From: an uncultured Gemmatimonadales bacterium
GTDB taxonomy: Bacteria > Gemmatimonadota > Gemmatimonadetes > Gemmatimonadales > GWC2-71-9
DNA length: 64,000 nucleotides
Direction: 5' to 3'
NCBI GenBank assembly: GCA_963739455.1
Contig: CAVUAK010000003.1
Span: forward strand, 384,001-448,000
The notes beneath the pieces are model-generated. The model made no database searches, was not told where the DNA came from, and saw only the letters and a program-made list of their open reading frames with translations. Position 1 is the stretch's first letter, and every line of letters begins with the position of its first letter. Positions 1 to 11,702 of this stretch are shown piece after piece. Position numbers and translations under genes: made by a program.

Positions 1-829
1 GCCCCAGAGGGTGTTGATCTCCCCGTTGTGCGCCAGGAGGCGGAACGGCTGCGCCAGGGGCCAGCTCGGGAGGGTGTTCGTGGAGTAGCGCTGGTGGAAA
101 ACGGCGACCGCGCTCTCGAACTCGGGGAAACGGAAGTCAGGATAGAACGCCGGCAGCTGGGTGCCCTGCAGCAGCGCCTTGTACACGATGGTTCGACAGG
201 AGAACGACGGCACGTAGAAGCCGGGCAGGCCCAGCGCTTCGGCCCGCTGCTCCATGGCGCGCCGGGCCAGGAAGAGCGCACGCTCCCACCCGTCATCGTC
301 GGCGACGCGCTCGGGACGCCCCACCAGCACCTGGCGGATTACCGGCTGGCTCTGGCGCGCGCCTCCACCGAGCGCAGCTGGGGTTGACCGGTACGTCGCG
401 CCAGCCGATCAGGGGCAGGCCGTCTTCCTCCAGCACCTTTTCCACTACCTGCACCGACTGGGCAAGCGCCTCGGGATCGACCGGAAGGAAGAACACGCCG
501 ACCGCGAAGGGACGCCCCGCCTCGAGACGCAGCCCGAGGCGGTAGGCATCGCGGTAGAAGAGTCGGTGCGGAACCTGGGTCAGCAGCCCGGCGCCATCTC
601 CCGAGTTGTCGGTGGAGGCGGCGCCGCGGTGGGCCACGCGGGCCACCGCTTCGAGCGCCATCTGCACCACTTCGTGTGAGCGGGCTCCCGATGACTGGGC
701 CACGAACCCGACGCCACAGGCGTCATGTTCGCGGAAGGCGTCGAGGCCGGCGGTGTCCGCGACGCGCGAGTGGGCCCCGCGATCGGGGTCGGGAGTGGCC
801 GAGCGGATCCGCTGCCCTGGTGCGGCCAT
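1..829 (-). CDS. gltB: Glutamate synthase large subunit, 5' part (runs off window; frameshift ~385)
   Basis: EHDACGVGFVA Ntn-amidotransferase motif, AHRGA and GDGAGLLTQVP; AGGAGG RBS just upstream of the ATG. Confidence 0.93.
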
Positions 830-876
830 GCTTCCTCCTGGTGGTGACGCCAGGCTGGCCGGAGAGGCCGGGCCTG

Positions 877-909
877 AAAACGAAAACCCCGCTCGCCTGG
901 GAGCGGGGT
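877..909 (-). terminator. Intrinsic terminator (attenuator) upstream of gltB
   Basis: Minus strand ACCCCGCTC-CCAGGC-GAGCGGGGT followed by TTTCGTTTT, about 50 nt before the gltB ATG. Confidence 0.8.
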
Positions 910-934
910 CGGGGGCGCGCTACTGCACGCTCAA

Positions 935-1009
935 CTACCCGGCCGCTCCCAACGAGCGCGGAGAATTGACGAGAATAGCCGTGGCGACCTGAAGTCGTGC
1001 ATTCAACAT
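935..1009 (-). CDS. Putative gltB leader peptide MLNARLQVATAILVNSPRSLGAAG (24 aa)
   Basis: Short ORF ending 25 nt before the terminator; its GGGAGCGG can pair with CCGCTCCC in the terminator 5' arm. Confidence 0.55.
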   Translation of the reverse strand: MLNARLQVATAILVNSPRSLGAAG

Positions 1010-1010
1010 G

Positions 1011-1045
1011 ACTGCATACTTATACTGTGGGATGCATGGGTCAAG
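1011..1045 (-). promoter_or_regulatory. Probable gltB promoter (TTGACC -35) overlapped by an ARG-box-like palindrome
   Basis: Minus strand TTGACC...TATAAGTAT just upstream of the leader ATG; TGCATACTTATACT at 1013-1026. Confidence 0.45.
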
Positions 1046-1104
1046 TGGCGCGCGCCCGCAGCACCACGTTGTGGGGGGCGGTTTCGCCGGGGCAAATGCC
1101 CCAC

Positions 1105-1134
1105 TTGACAGGCGCCCCGGCGCTTGGGTACCCT
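1105..1134 (+). promoter_or_regulatory. Sigma70-type promoter of the leu/ilv operon
   Basis: TTGACA-N18-TACCCT. Confidence 0.6.
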
Positions 1135-1222
1135 CCCAGTCCGGCGCAAGGGTATTTTTATGCAGCCGACGCCGCCCGGCACCCGCGGGTGGCCCAGAAC
1201 CCGATCGCAGTACACGGAAACA

Positions 1223-1330
1223 ATGAATCTGAACGGCTTGCTTCTGGTCCTCCTTGGTGTCCTTCCGGTCCTTCTTATTGGACGGGATGGATTCCGCGGC
1301 GTGCCGGTGGCGAGCAAGATGAGTCGATAG
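1223..1330 (+). CDS. Leu/Val/Ile-rich attenuator leader peptide MNLNGLLLVLLGVLPVLLIGRDGFRGVPVASKMSR
   Basis: 9 Leu (5 CTT, 1 TTG), 5 Val and 1 Ile in 35 codons, upstream of a terminator and leuA. Confidence 0.85.
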   Translation: MNLNGLLLVLLGVLPVLLIGRDGFRGVPVASKMSR

Positions 1331-1354
1331 CAGGACTCGCTTAGACCAGCAGGG

Positions 1355-1390
1355 GCGCCGCGGACCAACGGGTTCGCGGCGCTTTCGTTT
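1355..1390 (+). terminator. Attenuator terminator of the leu/ilv operon
   Basis: GCGCCGCGGACC-AACG-GGTTCGCGGCGC-TTTCGTTT; antiterminator partner TCCGCGGCGT at 1293-1302. Confidence 0.85.
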
Positions 1391-1411
1391 CCGGCCCCAG
1401 GGAGAATCGGC

Positions 1412-2966
1412 ATGACGCGCAGGATCATCGTTTTCGACACGACGCTCAGGGATGGCGAACAGGCGCCCGGCAACAGCCTCACCGTGGACGAGAAGGTGCG
1501 CCTCGCCCGGCAGCTCGAGGTGCTCGGGGTGGACGTGATCGAGGCCGGCTTCCCGGCGTCCTCCGAAACCGACTTCCGCAGCGTGCAGGAGATCGCGGCC
1601 CAGGTGCGGCGTCCCGTGATCGCCGCGCTGGCCCGGTGTACCGAACGGGACATCGACCTGGCCGGCGAGGCCATCCGCGGCGCCGAGCGGGGCCGGATTC
1701 ACGTGTTCCTCTCCACCTCCGACCTGCACCTCAAGGCCAAGCTGCGCATGACCCGCGAGGAGGCGGTGGAGAAGATCCGCGAAAGCGTGCGTCGCGCGAA
1801 GTCCTTCACCGACGATGTCGAGTGGAGTGCCGAGGATGCCAGTCGCACCGGGCTCGACTTCCTCTGCCAGTGTGTCGAGGTCGCCATCAGTGAGGGTGCC
1901 ACCACGGTCAACCTGCCGGACACGGTGGGCTATGCCACGCCCGAGGAATACGGCGCGATGTTCCGCGAGGTGCGTCGCCGCGTGCCGTCCAGCGCGGGCA
2001 TCGTCCTGAGCGCCCACTGCCACGATGACCTGGGCCTCGCCGTGGCCAACTCGCTCGCGGCCATCAGTGCGGGCGCGGGACAGGTCGAGTGCACCATCAA
2101 CGGCATCGGCGAGCGGGCAGGCAACGCCGCCCTGGAAGAGATCGTCATGGCGGGTCGGGTGCGCGCATCGCAGTACGCCTTCGAGACCGGCATCGAGTCG
2201 CGCGAACTCTATCGCACCAGCCAGATGCTCTCGCACCTCACCGGCAACTTTCCCCAGCCGAACAAGGCCATCGTCGGCCGGAATGCCTTCGCCCACGAGG
2301 CGGGCATCCACCAGCACGGCGTCCTGCAGAACGGGCGCACCTACGAGATCATCGAGCCCGACACCGTCGGCATCGCCCGCTCGTCCCTGGTGCTCGGCCG
2401 TCACTCCGGCCGCCACGCCCTGGCGCGGCGCTTCCAGGAGCTGGGTTACGAAATCGAGGACGAGCAGCTCGGCAACATCTACAAGGAGTTCCTCCAGCTC
2501 GCCGAGCGGAAGCGGCAGATCCTCGATGAAGACCTGCTGGCGCTCCTGCACGAGAGCTTCCACGATGCGCCGGAGGAGTTCCAGCTGAAGCGAGCTACGC
2601 GTCGTGTGCGGCAGCGGCACGGCCACCGCGGACGTGACGCTTGCCGGTCCGTACGTCGGGGCACGCAGCGCGACCGGTACCGGGGACGGTCCGATCGCCG
2701 CCGCCTTCGCCGCTGTCAGCGAGATCGTGGGAAAGACGGTCGAGGTGGAGAGCCTCAATCTCCGTTCGGTGACCCCCGGCCGGGACAGCGTGGGCCAGGT
2801 CTTCCTCCAGGTTCGCGTTGATGGTCGCACGTTCAGCGCCCACAGCGCGTCCACCGACATCGTCGAGGCCAGTGCCCGCGCCATGGTGAACGCACTCAAC
2901 AAGTCGCGCCACGCCGAGTCGCTCGAGGCGGCGGCGCTGGACAGCAACAGCTACTGGGGAGTCTGA
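1412..2966 (+). CDS. leuA: 2-isopropylmalate synthase (frameshift ~2590)
   Basis: [27 protein letters not shown]-terminal regulatory domain (GDGPI) in the next frame. Confidence 0.95.
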
Positions 2967-2971
2967 CCGCC

Positions 2972-4660
2972 TTGTCCGAGATGCTCACCGGCGCCCAGCT
3001 CATGTGCCGCATCCTCCTCGAGGAGGGTGTGGACGTGCTGTTCGGGTATCCCGGCGGCGCGATCATGCCGTTCTACCACGCGCTGCCCGAGTATCCCGGG
3101 CTGCGCCACATCCTCGTGCGGCATGAGCAGGCGGCGGCGCACGCCGCCGACGGCTATGCGCGCGCCTCGGGTCAGGCCGGCGTGTGCGTGGCTACCTCCG
3201 GACCGGGCGCCACCAACCTGGTCACCGGCCTGGCGACGGCGTACATGGACAACTCGCCGGTCGTGGCCATCACCGGGCAGGTCTCCCGCCCCATGATGGG
3301 TCGCGATGCCTTCCAGGAAACCGACATCATCGGCGTGACGCTTCCCATCACCAAGTGGAGCGTGCTGGTCGAGGACATCACCACGCTCGCCGATACCATG
3401 CGCCGCGCATTCGCCATCGCGCGCGGCGGGCGGCCCGGACCCGTGCTGGTGGACGTGCCCAAGGACGTGCAGAACCAGCGCATCGAGTACACCGCCTCGC
3501 GTCGTCGCTCCGGCGCAGCGTGCCGCCCCGGTGGTCGATGCCGGCGCGCTGGCCGATGCGGCGCGGCTCATCGGCGGCGCCGAGCGGCCGCTGATCCTTG
3601 CGGGACACGGCATCATCCTGGGCAACGCCAGCGAGGACCTGCGCATCTTCGCCGAGCACACCGGCATTCCCGTCATCACCACCCTGCTCGGCATCAGCGC
3701 CTTCCCCGAGGATCACCCGCTGCACCTCGGCATGCCGGGCATGCACGGTGAGGTGCACGTCAATCGCGCCATCCAGCATGCCGACCTGCTGATCGCGGTG
3801 GGTATGCGCTTCGACGATCGCGTGACCGGGAACACCGCGGGCTTCGCCCGTCACGCGAAGATTGTCCACATCGAGCTCGATCCCACCGAGATCGGCAAGA
3901 ACGTGCCTGTCGAGGTGCCGCTGGTGGGCGATGCCGGGCCCATCCTCTCCGCGCTGACGCGCGCGCTGGCGCCGCGCTCCTGCACCGCCTGGTGGGAGGA
4001 GATCGACAGTTCGCGCCGGCCGCCGCACGAGCAGTTCCGCGGCGACATCGCACCCGAGGCGATTCTCCGGGCGCATGCACGATGCGAGCGGCGGGAAGTG
4101 CAGCATCGTGGCCGACGTGGGCCAGCACCAGATGTGGGTGGCCAAGCTCTTTCCCGTACCGCCGCCTCAACACCCACTTCTCGTCCGGTGGCCTCGGCGC
4201 CATGGGCTTCGCCGTGCCGGCGGCCATCGGCGTGCACCTGGCGCGCCCCGACGAGCCGGTGTGGGCCATCTCGGGCGACGGTGGCTTCCAGATGAACATG
4301 CAGGAAATGGCGACGATGGTGCAGGAAGGCCTGCCCATCAAGCTCGCGATCTTCAACAACGGGTATCTCGGCATGGTGCGGCAGTGGCAGCAGTTCTTCC
4401 ACGGCCGCCGCTACTCGGCGACGCCGATCTGGAGTCCCGACTACGTGAAGCTGGCCGAGGCGTACGGCATCGCCGGCTACCGGGTCGAGCAGGGCTCACA
4501 GATCGCCGGTGCGGTCGCGGCGGCACTCCGCGATCCCGGCCCCGCGCTCATCGAGTTCGTGATCGAGCAGGAGGCGAACGTCTACCCGATGATCCCGCCC
4601 GGTGCCTCGCTCTCGGAGGTCATCGAGACGGCGCCCGCGCCGGAGCCGGCGTCGGCATGA
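2972..4660 (+). CDS. ilvB: Acetohydroxyacid synthase large subunit (frameshifts ~3510, ~4075, ~4155)
   Basis: [36 protein letters not shown]...[12 protein letters not shown]. Confidence 0.95.
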
Positions 4661-5185
4661 GCGAGCTCCATTGCATCACCGTCGTCATGGACGACAAGCT
4701 GGTGACATTGAACGCGGCCGTCGGGCTTCTCCGGCGCCGCAATCTTCCCGTACGGAGCGTGACCTTCGGACCCCATGTCACCGAGGGACGCTCGAGGCTC
4801 TTTGCGATGATCGAGGCAGATGAAGGTGCGGCACAGCGGGTGGCGCTGCTGTTCGAGAAGCTGATCGGCGTGGACGAGGCGCGCATCGGTGCCGGCGGAC
4901 AGACACCGTGGTGCGCGAGCTCGCCCTGATCCGGCGTCCGTCGCCCAGGCCGAGGCGTACGGCGAGCTGCTCGATGTGCTGGGTCTCTACCACGCGAACG
5001 TCATTGAGGAAGGTCCGGACGGGCTGGTGGTCGAGCTGACCGGTCCCGACACCTTCGTGCTGTCGTGCCTGCGTGCCGTCGAGCGGTTCGGCATTGTCGA
5101 TGTCGCCCGGAGCGGTGCGGTCGCCGTCGAGCGGCCGGCCGAGAATCCGCGCGCACCCACCTCCACTGAGGCTTCCGTATCATGA
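4657..5185 (+). CDS. ilvH: Acetohydroxyacid synthase regulatory subunit, divergent (frameshift ~4910)
   Basis: ACT-like N-terminus ([19 protein letters not shown]), C-terminal [14 protein letters not shown] overlaps between ilvB and ilvC. Confidence 0.8.
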
Positions 5186-6222
5186 GCTCGACGCTCCAGG
5201 TGTTCTACGACAGCGACGCGAACATCGATCGCCTCCTCGGTCGCACCATCGCGGTCATCGGCTTCGGCAGCCAGGGCCATGCGCACGCGCTCAACCTGAA
5301 GGAGTCGGGGCAGAAGGTCATCGTCGGGCTCCGGCCGGGCGGTGCCTCGTGGAAGAAGGCGGAGGCCGCCGGGCTCGACGTGCGCAGTGTCGCCGATGCG
5401 GCGCGTGCCGCCGACATCATCATGCTGCTCGTGCCCGACCAGGACATGCGCGACATCTACGACAAGGGCGTGGCGCAGGGGTTGTCGGCGGGGAAGACAC
5501 TTCTCTTCGCGCACGGCTTCAACATTCACTTCGGCGAGATCAAGCCGCCCGCCGACGTGGACGTCGCCATGATCGCGCCCAAGTCGCCCGGTCACCTGGT
5601 GCGGAGCGAGTACGAGGGCGGGCGCGGCGTGCCCGGCCTGGTCGCCATTCACCAGGACGCGAGCGGCAACGCGCTCGCAGACGCGCTCGCCTACGCCGCG
5701 GGTATCGGCTGTACCCGTGCCGGCGTGATCCAGACGTCGTTCCGCGAGGAGACGGAGACCGACCTGTTCGGCGAGCAGGCGGTGCTCTGCGGCGGGGCCA
5801 CGGCGCTGGTGAAGGCCGGCTTCGATACCCTGGTCAAGAACGGGTACTCGCCCGAAATGGCCTACTTCGAGTGCCTGCACGAGCTCAAGCTGATCGTGGA
5901 CCTCATGTATCGCGGCGGCATGGGCTTCATGCGGTACTCGATCAGCGACACCGCCGAATACGGTGACTACACCCGGGGCCCGCGGATCATCACCGAGGAA
6001 ACCCGCAAGGAGATGCAGCGGATCCTCGACGAGATCCGGAGCGGCGCGTTCGCGAGGGAGTGGCTCGCGGAGAATCGCGCGGGTGGCCCGAATTTCAAGC
6101 GCATGCGCACGGCAGACCACGACCACCTGCTGGAGAAGACCGGCCGGGCCCTCCGCGTCATGATGCCGTGGAGCGAGGAAGGGAAGGCGGCGGCGGCGAA
6201 GGCGGAGCCGGCCACCGTCTGA
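5182..6222 (+). CDS. ilvC: Ketol-acid reductoisomerase
   Basis: [39 protein letters not shown]. Confidence 0.97.
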   Translation: MSSTLQVFYDSDANIDRLLGRTIAVIGFGSQGHAHALNLKESGQKVIVGLRPGGASWKKAEAAGLDVRSVADAARAADIIMLLVPDQDMRDIYDKGVAQGLSAGKTLLFAHGFNIHFGEIKPPADVDVAMIAPKSPGHLVRSEYEGGRGVPGLVAIHQDASGNALADALAYAAGIGCTRAGVIQTSFREETETDLFGEQAVLCGGATALVKAGFDTLVKNGYSPEMAYFECLHELKLIVDLMYRGGMGFMRYSISDTAEYGDYTRGPRIITEETRKEMQRILDEIRSGAFAREWLAENRAGGPNFKRMRTADHDHLLEKTGRALRVMMPWSEEGKAAAAKAEPATV

Positions 6223-7666
6223 TGAGCGAGCCGCGCACCCTCTTCCAGAAGATCTGGGATGCCCACGTCGTCCATGCGATGCCGGGGGGGCCAGCGCTGT
6301 TGTATATCGACCTGCACCTGGTGCATGAGGTCACGTCGCCGCAGGCATTCGAGGGCCTGAGGCTCGCGGGGCGCCAGGTGCGCCGGCCCGGCCGGACCCT
6401 GGCCACCGTGGATCACAATGTGCCCACCGGCGATCGGCACCTCCCCATCGCCGACCCGATCGCCGCACAGCAGGTGCGGACGCTCACGACCAATGCGCGA
6501 GCGTTCGGCCTGCCGCTCTTCGACCTCGACTCGCCCGACCAGGGCATCGTGCATGTCATCGGGCCCGAACTTGGTGCCACGCAGCCCGGCATGACGATCG
6601 TGTGCGGCGATTCACACACCTCGACGCACGGCGCGTTCGGCGCGCTCGCATTCGGGATCGGCACCAGCGAGGTGGAGCATGTGCTCGCCACGCAGTGCCT
6701 CATGCAGCAGCGCCCTCGCACCATGGAGGTCCGGTTCGAGGGCACGCTGGCCGATGGCGTAACGGCCAAGGACATGATCCTGGCACTCATCGGGCGCATC
6801 GGTACCGATGGCGCGTCCGGGCATGTGCTCGAGTACCGTGGCAGCGCCATCCGGCAGCTGTCCATGGAAGGGCGCATGACCATCTGCAACATGTCCATCG
6901 AGGCCGGCGCCCGTGCCGGGCTGATCGCGCCCGATGACACCACCTTCGCCTACCTGGCTGGACGGCCGCGTGCGCCCAGCGGCGCCGCGTGGACCGCCGC
7001 GGTTGCGCGCTGGCGCGACCTGGCCACCGACGCGGGCGCAGTCTTCGACCGTTCCATCACGATCGACGTCACGTACGCTGGCACCGCAGGTGACCTGGGG
7101 TACCAATCCCGGGATGGTCGGTGATATCACCGGCCGCGTGCCCGTGCCGAGCGATGATGACTCGGCGGATACCAGGGGTGCGCTGGCGCGCGCACTGGAG
7201 TACATGGGCCTGCGCCCGGGCGAGGCGCTCGAGGGACTCAAGGTCGATCGCGTCTTCCTCGGTTCGTGCACCAACGCGCGACTGGAAGACCTGCGCGAGG
7301 CCGCGTCGGTCGTGCGCGGGCCAGAAGGTGGCACAGGGCGTCCGCGCGATGGTGGTGCCTGGCTCGCAGCGGGTGAAGCGCGCCGCGGAGGCCGAAGGAC
7401 TCGACGATGTCTTCATCCAGGCCGGGTTCGAGTGGCGCAACAGCGGCTGCTCCATGTGCCTGGGCATGAACGACGACGTCCTCGGCAGCGGTGAGCGCTG
7501 TGCATCCACCTCGAACCGCAATTTCGAGGGACGCCAGGGCAAGGGTGGTCGTACCCATCTCATGAGCCCGGTGATGGCCGCTGCTGCCGCCGTGGCGGGC
7601 CGGCTCGTCGACGTGCGCGAGGTGGTTCGGAGGAGTGAACGGACAACGGTGGGCGCTGGGCGGTAG
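6222..7666 (+). CDS. leuC: 3-isopropylmalate dehydratase large subunit (frameshifts ~7075, ~7320)
   Basis: [45 protein letters not shown]. Confidence 0.96.
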
Positions 7667-7735
7667 TTCCGCACTGGCCACGTTCATCGTTCGCCGTTGC
7701 CGTTTACTCCCTTTCTGCTCGAGGAGCCAGGCCGC

Positions 7736-8342
7736 ATGCAGCCGTTCACCATCCACACCGGAGTCGCCGCGATCCTGCCACGGGTCAACGTCGACACCGA
7801 CCAGATCATCCCGAAGCAGTTCCTGAAGCGGATCGAGCGCACCGGGCTTCGGGAAGCACCTGTTTCATGACTGGCGCTACCTCGCGGATGGGTCGTCGAA
7901 CCCGGAGTTCGAGCTGAACGCGGCGGACGCGGAGGGAGCGAGCATCCTGGTGGCCGGCCCCAACTTCGGCTGCGGGTCGTCCCGGGAGCACGCACCCTGG
8001 GCCCTCGGCGACTATGGCTTCCGTGCCGTCATTGCGCCGTCGTTCGCCGATATTTTCTACAACAACTGCTGCCAGAACGGCCTGCTGCCGGTTCAGCTCG
8101 AGGACGCCGCGGTGCGCGAGCTGTTCGCGCGGGCGGAGCGCGGCGGGCCGTTCGAGCTGACCGTTGACCTGCGCAGTGCGCGTGTCACCGCGGCGGGCGG
8201 GTTTGCAGCTACCTTCGACATGGATCCATATCGCCGGCAGATGCTGCTCGAGGGTCTCGACGAGATTGGCCAGACCCTGCGTCAGGAAACGCGAATCACC
8301 GCCTATGAACGGCGCATGGAAGCACTGGGGAGGCTCGTATGA
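7736..8342 (+). CDS. leuD: 3-isopropylmalate dehydratase small subunit (frameshift ~7845)
   Basis: [38 protein letters not shown]. Confidence 0.95.
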
Positions 8343-9427
8343 CGCAGTATCGCATCGTCGTGCTCGCGGGTGACGGCATCGGCCCGGAGGTCACGGAACA
8401 GGCGACGCGCATCCTCAACGCCGTCGCCGACCGATTTGGGTGGCAGGTCGAGCTGGTTCCCCATCTCATTGGCGGGGTGGCTGCGCGCGCCACCGGGTCG
8501 CCCCTGCCGCCAGACGCGCTCGAGGCGGCCCTCGATTCGGACGCCGTCCTTCTCGGAGCAGTGGGCGATCCCTCGATGGACGCTGCGCCGCGCGAGACCC
8601 GGCCAGAGGCCGGGCTGCTGGCACTGCGGAAGCGCCTGGGCGTCTTTGCCAACCTCCGCCCGGTGCGCGTACGGCCGGCGCTGGCCACGGCCTCGCCGCT
8701 TCGGCCGGAAGTGCTGCACGGAGTGGATGTCCTGATCGTGCGCGAGCTCACTGGCGGGCTCTACTATGGTGAGCCGCGGGGACGCTACGGGAGCAGGGCC
8801 GTGAACACTCTCACCTACGACGCCAGTGAAATCGAGCGAGTCGCCCGGGTCGCATTCGAGGCGGCCAAGAGCCGTGGTGGCCTCGTCACGTCCGTGGACA
8901 AGGCCAACGTGCTCGAGGTATCCCAGCTCTGGCGCGAAACAGTGACCCGCGTCGGCAAGGAATTCCCCACTGTCCGGCTGGATCACCAGCTCGTCGACAC
9001 GATGGCCATGAAGCTCATCGCGTCGCCATCGGCGTTCGATGTCGTGCTCACCGAGAACATGTTTGGCGACATCCTGTCCGATGAGGCCGCGGTGCTGGCC
9101 GGATCCCTCGGACTCCTGCCGTCGGCCTCACTCGGCGATGGTCCGGGCCTCTTCGAACCAGTGCATGGCTCCGCACCCGATATTGCGGGGAAGGGCATCG
9201 CCAACCCGATCGGCGCCATCCTCTCGGTCGCCATGCTCATCCGGTTCGGACTCAAGCAGCCGCAGGCGGCAGAACTGATCGAGCGCGCCGTTGATGAGGT
9301 GGCCGAGCGGGGCTTCCGCACCGCCGATATCGCGAAGCCAGGGGAGCGGCCGCTTTCCACGATCGAAATGGCTAACAACATTCACGACTTGGTGTTGCGC
9401 GGTCAGGGAGCACTCGCGGGGCGCTGA
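8339..9427 (+). CDS. leuB: 3-isopropylmalate dehydrogenase
   Basis: GDGIGPEV, VRELTGGLY, NMFGDILSD, EPVHGSAPDIAG. Confidence 0.97.
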   Translation: MTQYRIVVLAGDGIGPEVTEQATRILNAVADRFGWQVELVPHLIGGVAARATGSPLPPDALEAALDSDAVLLGAVGDPSMDAAPRETRPEAGLLALRKRLGVFANLRPVRVRPALATASPLRPEVLHGVDVLIVRELTGGLYYGEPRGRYGSRAVNTLTYDASEIERVARVAFEAAKSRGGLVTSVDKANVLEVSQLWRETVTRVGKEFPTVRLDHQLVDTMAMKLIASPSAFDVVLTENMFGDILSDEAAVLAGSLGLLPSASLGDGPGLFEPVHGSAPDIAGKGIANPIGAILSVAMLIRFGLKQPQAAELIERAVDEVAERGFRTADIAKPGERPLSTIEMANNIHDLVLRGQGALAGR

Positions 9428-9469
9428 TCGACTGGTGGGGACCCCGGGCGGGGGGTACCTTGGAAGATC

Positions 9470-9880
9470 ATGAAAATCTCCTCGTTGGTCCTGGCCCTGG
9501 TGGCTTTGGTCCCTGCCACCGCAGCGGCGCAAGATTCTGCCAGTACTGCTGCGGCGGAGTGCGCCGCGCAGAAGGTCGGCCTGGTATTCAACCAGACCTT
9601 CTCGAGTCCAGCAGACTTTGGTCGGGTGCTGTTCTGCGCCGGAGCCACCTACAAGGGTGAGACGAATCGGGGCGGCGTCAGGCTCAGTGCGCGGTCGATC
9701 CTGCCCGGGGTCCAGTCGCCCCGCATTACGGAACTGCTGGGCGGAAGCGCATCGGCGGGTGTCGGGGGCGGGGGCGGGATGTACAAGTTCCAGGCTTTTG
9801 CCGATGGCGTCTATGAGATCGGCGTCAACGGCGTGCAGGCCGGAGCCTCGGTCACCCTGAAGATCACCCGCACGAAATAA
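9470..9880 (+). CDS. Secreted hypothetical protein (136 aa)
   Basis: Signal peptide (AAA-Q), two Cys, beta-rich C-terminus. Confidence 0.7.
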   Translation: MKISSLVLALVALVPATAAAQDSASTAAAECAAQKVGLVFNQTFSSPADFGRVLFCAGATYKGETNRGGVRLSARSILPGVQSPRITELLGGSASAGVGGGGGMYKFQAFADGVYEIGVNGVQAGASVTLKITRTK

Positions 9881-9881
9881 G

Positions 9882-11553
9882 TCAGTCGGTCACCGCTCCC
9901 CGGCTCGCGCTGGACACCTGCCTGGCATATTTCGCGAGCACGCCGCGCAGGTAGCGCGGGCGGGGTGCGGTCCACGAGGCGCGGCGCCGCGCCATTTCTG
10001 CCTCATCGATTTCCAGTTGAAGCAGTCGTTGCGGCGCGTCGATCGTAATCGTGTCACCCTCCCGTACCAGCCCGATCGGTCCACCCACCGCCGCCTCGGG
10101 CGACACGTGTCCCACGACCATGCCGTAGGTACCGCCTGAAAAGCGCCCATCGGTAATCAACCCGACGCTGTCACCCAGTCCCGCCCCAATGATCGCCGAG
10201 GTTGGCGCCAGCATTTCTCGCATGCCAGGCCCCCCGACAGGGCCCTCGCTCCGGATGACAAGGATATCGCCGGCGCGAACCTGGCCCGCGAGGATCGCGC
10301 CGAGGCACGCCTCTTCCGACTCGAACACCCGCGCCGGTCCCCGCATGCGTGGGTTCTTCACTCCACTGATCTTTGCCACCGCCCCATCGGGTGCCAGGTT
10401 GCCGCGCAGCACGGCGAGGTGCCCCTCGGCGTACAGCGGCCGGTCCCACGGGTGAATTACCTCCTGACCCGCGGGTGAGCTCGGCCGCCTCCGCGATGTT
10501 TTCCGCAAGCGTCTTCCCGGTGACGGTCAGGCAGTGGCCATGCAGCACGCCATGCTCCAGCAGCAGCTTCATCACTGCGGGGACCCCGCCGGCCTGGTGC
10601 AGGTCGGTGGCGACGAAGCGCCCCGAGGGCTTGAGGTCGCACAGCACCGGTACTCGAGCACGAATCCGCTCGAAGTCGTCGAGCTCGAGGGGAACCTCGG
10701 CCGCATGAGCGATGGCGAGCAGGTGCAGCACGGCGTTCGTCGAGCCGCCCAGGGCCATGCACACGGCGATCCCGTTCTCGAACGCCTCGCGTGTCAGGAT
10801 CTGGCGCGCGGTGATGCCACGGCGGATGCACTCGAGCAGGGCGTCGGCGGAGGCTGCGGCACTCTCCGCCTTCTCCGCGTCCTCGGCTGCCATGGTGGAC
10901 GAGCCCGGAAGGCTCATGCCCATGGCCTCGAACACTGACGACATCGTGTTTGCGGTGAACATCCCGCCACAACTTCCCGCCCCGGGGCACGCCTTCCGTT
11001 CCACCGCCTCGAACTCCGCGCGCGGCAGGTTCCCGGCAGCATGCTGCCCTACCGCCTCGAAGACGCTCACCACCGTGAGGTCCCGGCCAGCGTGATGCCC
11101 CGGCTTGATGGTGCCCCCGTAGACGAACACCGCTGGAATCTTCATTCGTGCCATGGCGATCATGGCACCAGGCATGTTCTTGTCGCAGCCGCCCACCGCC
11201 AGCACACCGTCCATGCTTTGCGCGCCACAGGCTGTCTCAATCGAATCGGCGATTACCTCGCGCGACACCAGTGAGTACTTCATCCCCTCGGTGCCCATCG
11301 AGATTCCGTCGCTCACCGTCACCGTGCCGAAGATCTGCGGCATGCCGCCGCCGGCACGGACGGCCGCTTCGGCCCGGTGCGCAAGGACGTCGAGTCCCGC
11401 ATTGCACGGGGTGATGGTGCTGTAGCCGTTCGCGATCCCCACGATGGGCTTGGTGAAATCGGCGTCGCCGAATCCAACCGCCCTGAGCATTGCGCGATTG
11501 GGGGCGCGCTGGTCGCCCTCGGTGATTGCCTTGCTGTGCTCGTTGAGTGCCAT
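9882..11553 (-). CDS. ilvD: Dihydroxy-acid dehydratase (frameshift ~10470)
   Basis: [41 protein letters not shown]. Confidence 0.96.
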
Positions 11554-11702
11554 GGCGCCGGGCTGGAGTAAGGAAGCGGTGGATTCTTACGGAAGATCCC
11601 GCCGGGGTATGGGGCGCGGCAAGCTCAACGGCCCGAGGGAGCTGCCTTGCCCGAAGGCCGCGCCGGGCAAGAATTGCAGAAGCCGCCGTTTTTCATGTGC
11701 AG

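Noticed and set aside
989..1009. Resemblance of MLNARLQ to E. coli IvbL (MLNAKLL)
   Set aside because: Too short to show homology, and the Val run of IvbL is absent.
935..2947. Long antisense ORFs (also 21732-23579, 36663-38432, 52541-54367)
   Set aside because: Shadow ORFs of GC-rich coding genes with no recognisable motifs.
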